Positions 1-4,462 of a stretch of DNA of 64,000 nt are shown in pieces. The position numbers and the translations under genes were made by a program. Source of the stretch: a virus; the IMG/VR virus record IMGVR_UViG_3300043403_000051, positions 19,055 through 83,054 of that record. One strand, given 5' to 3'. Below the pieces are notes generated by a model. The model saw nothing but the letters and a program-made list of their open reading frames with translations. It had not been told where the DNA came from and did not search any database. Every line of letters begins with the position of its first letter. Position 1 is the first letter of the stretch.

Positions 1-14
1 TTAACGGGGCATCT

Positions 15-87
15 GCTTTCTTAGCTCAACGGTGAGAGCAGGACGCTTATATCGTCAAGGTTACAGGTTCGAATCCTGTAGGAAGTA
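15..87 (+). tRNA. tRNA-Ile(UAU)
   Basis: Acceptor GCTTTCT/AGGAAGT, anticodon arm GACG-CTTATAT-CGTC, T arm ACAGG-TTCGAAT-CCTGT; no encoded CCA. Confidence 0.9.
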
Positions 88-92
88 CATAT

Positions 93-166
93 TGAGATGT
101 AGCTCAATTGGTGAGAGCATATGACTGATACTCATAAGGTTGAAGGTTCGACCCCTTTCATCTCAA
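93..166 (+). tRNA. tRNA-Ile(GAU)
   Basis: Acceptor TGAGATG/CATCTCA, anticodon arm TATGA-CTGATAC-TCATA, GGTTCGAC T loop. Confidence 0.92.
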
Positions 167-171
167 CACAC

Positions 172-245
172 GGGGCAATAGTTTAAGCGGCTTAAAACAA
201 TTGATTTGCAATCAGTAGTTCCGATTTCGAGTATCGGTGGCTCCA
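172..245 (+). tRNA. tRNA-Ala(UGC)
   Basis: Anticodon arm ATTGA-TTTGCAA-TCAGT; G3:U70 alanine identity pair in GGGGCAA/TGGCTCC. Confidence 0.9.
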
Positions 246-259
246 CACAAAGAACAACA

Positions 260-739
260 ATGGACAAATATTTTAAAACTGAGACTGGTAAAATAGTTGA
301 TATAATAGAATACACGGCCCAACAAATAAAAGACAATCCCTCTGTTAAGATATACATAGGTGCTGATAGCCAAGTCTACGGCCCTAAGATTAAGTTTATC
401 TTAGCTATTGTATATAGGGTTGGTAATAGGGGTGGGCACTGTATTCATAAGCTTATAAAGACTGAAAGACCACCCAAAGGGATTCCTGATGAAATTCAGG
501 TTAATAACAGGCTTACAGAGGAAGTTTACTTAACTATGGAGCTTGCCCAATATTTTATTGATAATAGTTCTTTTAAACTGGAGGCAGTTGAATTTGACTT
601 TAATCAAGAGGAAAGTTACCTAAGTAACAAGCTAATAAACTTATCAACAGGTTGGGCTAAAGGACTTGGTTTTAAAGCACGTACTAAGCCTGATGAACTG
701 ATAGCTTGCAAGTATGCAGACCATCTCGTAAGATTTTAA
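260..739 (+). CDS. RNase H-like YkuK/DUF458 family protein
   Basis: IYIGADSQ motif, RLxEEV, C-terminal YADHL; start moved to ATG 260 because the longer ORF overlaps tRNA-Ala. Confidence 0.75.
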   Translation: MDKYFKTETGKIVDIIEYTAQQIKDNPSVKIYIGADSQVYGPKIKFILAIVYRVGNRGGHCIHKLIKTERPPKGIPDEIQVNNRLTEEVYLTMELAQYFIDNSSFKLEAVEFDFNQEESYLSNKLINLSTGWAKGLGFKARTKPDELIACKYADHLVRF

Positions 740-741
740 TT

Positions 742-1338
742 ATGATTGTAATATATAAAATAGAAAATCCAAAAGGTAAAGTTTATATTGGTCAAACCAA
801 AAGACTTATTCAAAGAAAGTCTGCTTACAAAAATTTAAGATGTAAGAAACAAAGAAAACTTTATAGTTCTTTAAATAAATATGGTTGGGAAAATCATACA
901 CTTTGTGTTTTACATGAGTTACCTGATGATATAGAGCAAAGAGTAGTAGATGATTATGAAATTTTTTACTATGAACAATTTATTGCTTGTGGATTTGAAA
1001 TGCTAAACCTAAAAACATGCGGAAACGGCGGAGGATTACACTCGGAGGAAACAAAGAGATTGATAGGAAAACAAAGTAAGGAAAGATTTAAAGCTAAATC
1101 TGGAATGAAAATAGCTCAGGTAAATCTTAATTTGGAAATTATTAATTTTTGGGAGAACGGTTATACACTACAACAAGAAAGAAAGTATTACAATATATCA
1201 AGAAAATGCAGAGAATTTCCAAGTATAGCTTATGGATATTTTTGGTTATACGAAAAAGATTTACATAAATTAACGCAAATAGACAAGCTTAAAATAAAAA
1301 AAGACGGGAATGGTGTTTATAGTTATTTCAAAATGTAA
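742..1338 (+). CDS. Free-standing GIY-YIG homing endonuclease with NUMOD3-like motif
   Basis: N-terminal VIYKI...KVYIGQT, conserved R, E and N residues, HSEETKRLIG motif; likely start ATG 742. Confidence 0.85.
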   Translation: MIVIYKIENPKGKVYIGQTKRLIQRKSAYKNLRCKKQRKLYSSLNKYGWENHTLCVLHELPDDIEQRVVDDYEIFYYEQFIACGFEMLNLKTCGNGGGLHSEETKRLIGKQSKERFKAKSGMKIAQVNLNLEIINFWENGYTLQQERKYYNISRKCREFPSIAYGYFWLYEKDLHKLTQIDKLKIKKDGNGVYSYFKM

Positions 1339-1377
1339 TAATCTCTGTAGAGTTTAGTAATTCATTAACATTATTTA

Positions 1378-1409
1378 TTTGGTAGATTAAAAAAAGATTT
1401 ATACCTTTG
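1378..1409 (+). promoter_or_regulatory. Bacteroidota-type promoter of tRNA operon A
   Basis: TTTG (1378-1381), 20 nt spacer, TACCTTTG (1402-1409) matches the -33/-7 consensus. Confidence 0.85.
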
Positions 1410-1415
1410 TATCCC

Positions 1416-1493
1416 ATGAAGAATTTCAACACATATTATAGTCTCTCATTGTTATCCAGCCTAACGGGTCGGGAGCTAAAGGTATGGGTATAA
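1416..1493 (+). CDS. Attenuator leader peptide A, MKNFNTYYSLSLLSSLTGRELKVWV (25 aa)
   Basis: ATG 6 nt after the -7 box; ten consecutive Tyr/Ser/Leu codons at 1434-1463; contains GGGAGCT complementary to the terminator 5' arm. Confidence 0.8.
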   Translation: MKNFNTYYSLSLLSSLTGRELKVWV

Positions 1494-1522
1494 TAAAGAT
1501 AAACTCTTAAATCAAAACATAT

Positions 1523-1550
1523 AAAAAAGCTCCCTATTGGGGGCTTTTTT
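1523..1550 (+). terminator. Attenuator terminator A
   Basis: AAAAAAGCTCCC-TATT-GGGGGCTTTTTT hairpin plus U tract, 7 nt before the first tRNA. Confidence 0.9.
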
Positions 1551-1557
1551 AGTTTAT

Positions 1558-1630
1558 GGCTCTATGACGTAATTGGAAACCGTCTTGGCTTTAGAACCCA
1601 AGTTTCCGAGTTCGAGTCTCGGTAGAGCTA
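1558..1630 (+). tRNA. tRNA-Leu(UAG), short variable loop
   Basis: Acceptor GGCTCTA/TAGAGCT, A73, loop TTTAGAA, T arm CCGAG-TTCGAGT-CTCGG; C31-C39 mismatch. Confidence 0.8.
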
Positions 1631-1633
1631 CAT

Positions 1634-1706
1634 GCCTTTGTGATGAAACGGAATACATGTCAGACTTAAAATCTGAATTTTACGGGTTCGACTCCCGTCA
1701 GAGGTA
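1634..1706 (+). tRNA. tRNA-Leu(UAA), short variable loop
   Basis: TCAGA-CTTAAAA-TCTGA; acceptor GCCTTTG/CAGAGGT; A73. Confidence 0.88.
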
Positions 1707-1711
1707 CATTT

Positions 1712-1796
1712 GGAAGCACGTAAAGTTGGCGTACTTATCCGTCTTGAAAACGGTGAAGAGGTAACACTTGTGCAGGTTCGACCCCTGCTGTTTCCG
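1712..1796 (+). tRNA. tRNA-Ser(UGA)
   Basis: CCGT-CTTGAAA-ACGG, long variable arm, G73. Confidence 0.88.
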
Positions 1797-1799
1797 CAT

Positions 1800-1883
1800 A
1801 GAGAGGTGACTGAATGGTAAGGTACTGGTTTGCTAAACCAGGGTCAGATAAAACTGGAGTGGGTTCGATACCCATCCTCTCTG
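1800..1883 (+). tRNA. tRNA-Ser(GCU)
   Basis: CTGGT-TTGCTAA-ACCAG, long variable arm, acceptor AGAGAGG/CCTCTCT, G73. Confidence 0.92.
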
Positions 1884-1885
1884 CT

Positions 1886-1940
1886 AAAGGGTTCCTGTAT
1901 CAGGCAAAATATAACCCCCGTTGTGGTATAGGAATCGTTT
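1886..1940 (+). ncRNA. Small non-tRNA hairpin RNA inside tRNA operon A
   Basis: GGTTCCTGTATCA (1890-1902) pairs with TGGTATAGGAATC (1924-1936) over 13 bp including G-U pairs. Confidence 0.45.
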
Positions 1941-1944
1941 ATTT

Positions 1945-2029
1945 GAGATAGCTGTCGTGATGGAGGAACGGCACTGGTCTGTAAAACCAGCACTATGAAA
2001 CACAGTAGGTTCGAATCCCACCTATCTCA
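1945..2029 (+). tRNA. tRNA-Tyr(GUA)
   Basis: CTGGT-CTGTAAA-ACCAG, extended variable region, acceptor GAGATAG/CTATCTC. Confidence 0.9.
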
Positions 2030-2055
2030 CATTAACAATTAATTTTAATTATTTA

Positions 2056-2087
2056 TTTGGTAGTTAGATAAAAAGATACTACCTTTG
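2056..2087 (+). promoter_or_regulatory. Bacteroidota-type promoter of tRNA operon B
   Basis: TTTG (2056-2059), 20 nt, TACCTTTG (2080-2087); near copy of the promoter at 1378. Confidence 0.85.
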
Positions 2088-2091
2088 CTTT

Positions 2092-2172
2092 ATGAATGTA
2101 ACACGTACACATACGCAACAGTTTTGGTTCCCTACAAGGGCTGGGCTTGGTATGTGTGATAATAGAGGATAA
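2092..2172 (+). CDS. Attenuator leader peptide B, MNVTRTHTQQFWFPTRAGLGMCDNRG (26 aa)
   Basis: ATG 4 nt after the -7 box; twelve consecutive Thr/Arg/His/Gln/Phe/Trp/Pro codons at 2101-2136; contains CTGGGCTT complementary to the terminator 5' arm. Confidence 0.8.
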   Translation: MNVTRTHTQQFWFPTRAGLGMCDNRG

Positions 2173-2196
2173 ATTCCCCCAAACACTCACTCATTG

Positions 2197-2234
2197 AAAA
2201 GCCCAGGACATAAAATCCTGGGTTTTTTATTTTT
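2197..2234 (+). terminator. Attenuator terminator B
   Basis: AAAAGCCCAGGA-CATAAAA-TCCTGGGTTTTTT directly before tRNA-Pro. Confidence 0.9.
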
Positions 2235-2237
2235 AAT

Positions 2238-2311
2238 CGGGATGTGGACTAATGGCAAGTCACTTACTTTGGGAGTAAGGCATCATGGAGGTTCGAGTCC
2301 TCTCATCCCGA
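2238..2311 (+). tRNA. tRNA-Pro(UGG)
   Basis: CTTAC-TTTGGGA-GTAAG; acceptor CGGGATG/CATCCCG. Confidence 0.92.
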
Positions 2312-2316
2312 CATTT

Positions 2317-2388
2317 GCCTCGTAAGCATATATGGTGATGCAGCGCACTTGTAATGCGCAGAATAGGTTTCGAGTACCTAACTTGGCT
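2317..2388 (+). tRNA. tRNA-Thr(UGU)
   Basis: GCGCA-CTTGTAA-TGCGC; two acceptor-stem mismatches. Confidence 0.88.
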
Positions 2389-2395
2389 CAGTAAT

Positions 2396-2467
2396 GGAGA
2401 TATAGCTCAGTTGGAAGAGCAACGGATTGAAGCCCCGTGAGCACCAGTTCGACTCTGGTTATCTCCA
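2396..2467 (+). tRNA. tRNA-Phe(GAA)
   Basis: Loop TTGAAGC; acceptor GGAGATA/TATCTCC; canonical D arm. Confidence 0.9.
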
Positions 2468-2474
2468 CATATAT

Positions 2475-2545
2475 TCCCATTTGGCGTAACGGAAGCGTAG
2501 GACTCTTTGAAAGTCTTGGAAATTGTTCGATTCAATTAATGGGAG
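2475..2545 (+). tRNA. tRNA-Gln(UUG)
   Basis: GGACT-CTTTGAA-AGTCT; acceptor TCCCATT/AATGGGA (U1-A72), G73. Confidence 0.9.
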
Positions 2546-2550
2546 CACAC

Positions 2551-2622
2551 GGGTTTATTGATGTAATGGAAGCATGGCAGTTTGTGAAGCTGCTCGTATG
2601 GGTTCGAACCCCATATCTACCC
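2551..2622 (+). tRNA. tRNA-His(GUG)
   Basis: GCAGT-TTGTGAA-GCTGC; G-1:C73 present; two acceptor mismatches. Confidence 0.88.
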
Positions 2623-2627
2623 CTTTT

Positions 2628-2699
2628 ATCCTCTTAGCATAATGGAAGTGCAGCAAGCTACGAACTTGCGTTGTGTGAGTTCGAGTCTCATGGAGGATT
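2628..2699 (+). tRNA. tRNA-Arg(ACG)
   Basis: GCAAG-CTACGAA-CTTGC; acceptor ATCCTCT/GGAGGAT. Confidence 0.9.
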
Positions 2700-2711
2700 C
2701 TTTTTATAACT

Positions 2712-2781
2712 GCGTATGCCTAAAGGAGTAGTAAGCGGTCTCCAAAACCGTGATTTATCAGTTCGAGTCTGGTCATGCGTG
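2712..2781 (+). tRNA. tRNA-Trp(CCA) with reduced D arm
   Basis: GCGGT-CTCCAAA-ACCGT; T arm ATCAG-TTCGAGT-CTGGT; acceptor GCGTATG/CATGCGT; only about 70 nt. Confidence 0.75.
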
Positions 2782-2793
2782 CTTAAATAGTAT

Positions 2794-2842
2794 ACCCAAG
2801 TTAATTATTTGTTAAAAGTAATTGATTTGGGTTATTTTTTTT
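2794..2842 (+). terminator. Terminator closing the tRNA region
   Basis: ACCCAAGTTAATTATTT...AAGTAATTGATTTGGGT hairpin followed by a T run. Confidence 0.7.
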
Positions 2843-2871
2843 GGTAGTGTCATAAATTCTTGTTATTTTTG
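2840..2871 (+). promoter_or_regulatory. Bacteroidota-type promoter for the packaging/head operon
   Basis: TTTG, 20 nt, TATTTTTG. Confidence 0.65.
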
Positions 2872-2886
2872 TATAAATTAATTACT

Positions 2887-3240
2887 GTGAGCAACCAAAT
2901 ACCTTTTATAAAGATTTCAAAGAACACAGACTCTAAAATAGAGATGGTTAAAAAGATTGTTTCTATCTATTGTGTGTTGTCTGATATTAAACTTTCTGAA
3001 ACTGATATTATAGTTGTTTCATATTTCATTCTATATGGAATCAATGAAAAAACTAAAAAATTAATTATTGATAGCAAACTCCTTAATAGTGATAGTATCA
3101 AAAATACAATGTCAAAATTAAGAAAAGCAGGTATAATTAAAAAATCAGAATTCAGGAGAAAAGAAGATTATCTAAATGAAAACTTAAACATACCAATTAA
3201 TAAAGTTGTTGGATTAATGATTAAAATAGATAACTCCTAA
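2887..3240 (+). CDS. Hypothetical protein, possible winged-helix DNA-binding protein
   Basis: Basic ORF with SIKNTMSKLRKAGIIKK; GTG start chosen downstream of the promoter. Confidence 0.5.
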   Translation: MSNQIPFIKISKNTDSKIEMVKKIVSIYCVLSDIKLSETDIIVVSYFILYGINEKTKKLIIDSKLLNSDSIKNTMSKLRKAGIIKKSEFRRKEDYLNENLNIPINKVVGLMIKIDNS

Positions 3241-3560
3241 TGAAAAATATAGATTATGTAACCAAGAAAGTAGCAAAAGAACTACAACTTAATGAAGACA
3301 TTGTATCGAAAATTTATTATGATTTTTATTGGAAGAATGTAGTATTTCCAAAAATAAAATCTTTTGAGTATACGGCAATAACATTACCAAAGCTTGGTAC
3401 ATTATATCTATCATACTATAAACTAAGAAAAGAAATAACAGACATAATATTTAGACTTAGACGAGTTAGAGATAATGACACACTTACAGATGGAAAAAGA
3501 AAACAATTAGATGACCATTATGTAAATTATCTTAGAAAATTATTATTACGTAGAAACTAA
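3240..3560 (+). CDS. HU/IHF-like DNA-binding protein
   Basis: VAKELQL...ITLPKLGTL pattern resembles the HU fold. Confidence 0.5.
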   Translation: MKNIDYVTKKVAKELQLNEDIVSKIYYDFYWKNVVFPKIKSFEYTAITLPKLGTLYLSYYKLRKEITDIIFRLRRVRDNDTLTDGKRKQLDDHYVNYLRKLLLRRN

Positions 3561-3582
3561 TTACTTTTAAAAAAATAATAAA

Positions 3583-3930
3583 ATGTTAAATGCATTAAAA
3601 GAATATGTAAAACTTTTACCCACAGCTATTGAAAATATTGATAGTGTAGCAGAGGGATTATGGAATAAGTTAAATCATGATTCTTTAACAGACCCACAAA
3701 AAGAAGAAATCGTAAAAAGAAAACTAATTTGTTTAGAATGCCCGTATAATAGTAAGAATGCAAGTGATTTATTTAACTACATATCTTATAGAACAGACGA
3801 CCATTGTATACATTGTAGCTGTAATATTGACTTAAAAACAGAATGTTTGTCTTGTAATTGTGGAATAGAAGTTTATAATCAAAACAATCCAACAAAAAAA
3901 TTATCTCTTAACTGGGAAGCCTACAAATAA
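3583..3930 (+). CDS. Cys-rich putative Zn-binding phage protein
   Basis: CLEC, CIHCSC and CLSCNC motifs. Confidence 0.55.
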   Translation: MLNALKEYVKLLPTAIENIDSVAEGLWNKLNHDSLTDPQKEEIVKRKLICLECPYNSKNASDLFNYISYRTDDHCIHCSCNIDLKTECLSCNCGIEVYNQNNPTKKLSLNWEAYK

Positions 3931-3935
3931 TATAT

Positions 3936-4196
3936 ATGAACGACCAACTACAATCAAACAACGCACCGTTTAACAAATACGATGTGAGATTACAAAAACA
4001 TATTTTGTACCTACTTACGCAATCACTGGAATTATTCCCTCAGTACACAATTGCTCAACACCTTTGTCATATCCTTAGAAAAAAAGGTGATGTAAAAGAA
4101 CCTTACTTTTGGGATGACTTAACGCTATTAAAAAAAGTAGAACATTATTATGATGAATTACAAACTGAATTAGTTAACCAAATAGAAGAAGACTAA
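3936..4196 (+). CDS. Hypothetical protein
   Basis: ORF in the operon, TAATG-coupled to the next gene. Confidence 0.6.
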   Translation: MNDQLQSNNAPFNKYDVRLQKHILYLLTQSLELFPQYTIAQHLCHILRKKGDVKEPYFWDDLTLLKKVEHYYDELQTELVNQIEED

Positions 4197-4462
4197 TGGC
4201 CGCAGCAAAAAAAGTGTCTGATAGTTTAATTGCAATTGAGTTATTAAAATTTGAGAAGAAAATTAATGAGTTCTTTGATTATCTTGATAAATCAAAATTA
4301 AACAAAATTGAGGACTTAAAGGAAATTGATACTCAAATAAAAATGATTGATGCTTTGACAAGATGGTTACCAATTCTTGAAAAGTTAAGAGAAAATGAAA
4401 TTTCTAAAAAAATGGAAACTCGTGGTGACCAAGAGGCTGGTGGAGCTTTTAAAGTATTATAA
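4196..4462 (+). CDS. Small helical protein, possible terminase small subunit
   Basis: Position directly upstream of and coupled to terL; function inferred from position only. Confidence 0.4.
   Translation: MAAAKKVSDSLIAIELLKFEKKINEFFDYLDKSKLNKIEDLKEIDTQIKMIDALTRWLPILEKLRENEISKKMETRGDQEAGGAFKVL

Noticed and set aside
163-357. Minus-strand 64-aa ORF, and the 206-259 extension of the YkuK ORF
   Set aside because: Both overlap tRNA-Ala; the ATG at 260 after an A-rich stretch is the better start.
1558-1630. Possible ochre suppressor (reading the loop as CTTTAGA, anticodon UUA)
   Set aside because: Counting from the D stem puts TAG at 34-36, and TAA is the dominant stop codon in the window.
1573-1764. 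63-aa ORF in the track
   Set aside because: Runs across tRNA-Leu, tRNA-Leu and tRNA-Ser genes; spurious.
1416-2234. T-box riboswitch explanation for the leaders
   Set aside because: No T-box consensus (AGGGTGGNACCGCG) or stem I is visible; open reading frames with many cognate codons fit ribosome-mediated attenuation better.
2437-2637. 66-aa ORF in the track
   Set aside because: Runs across tRNA-Phe, Gln, His and Arg genes; spurious.
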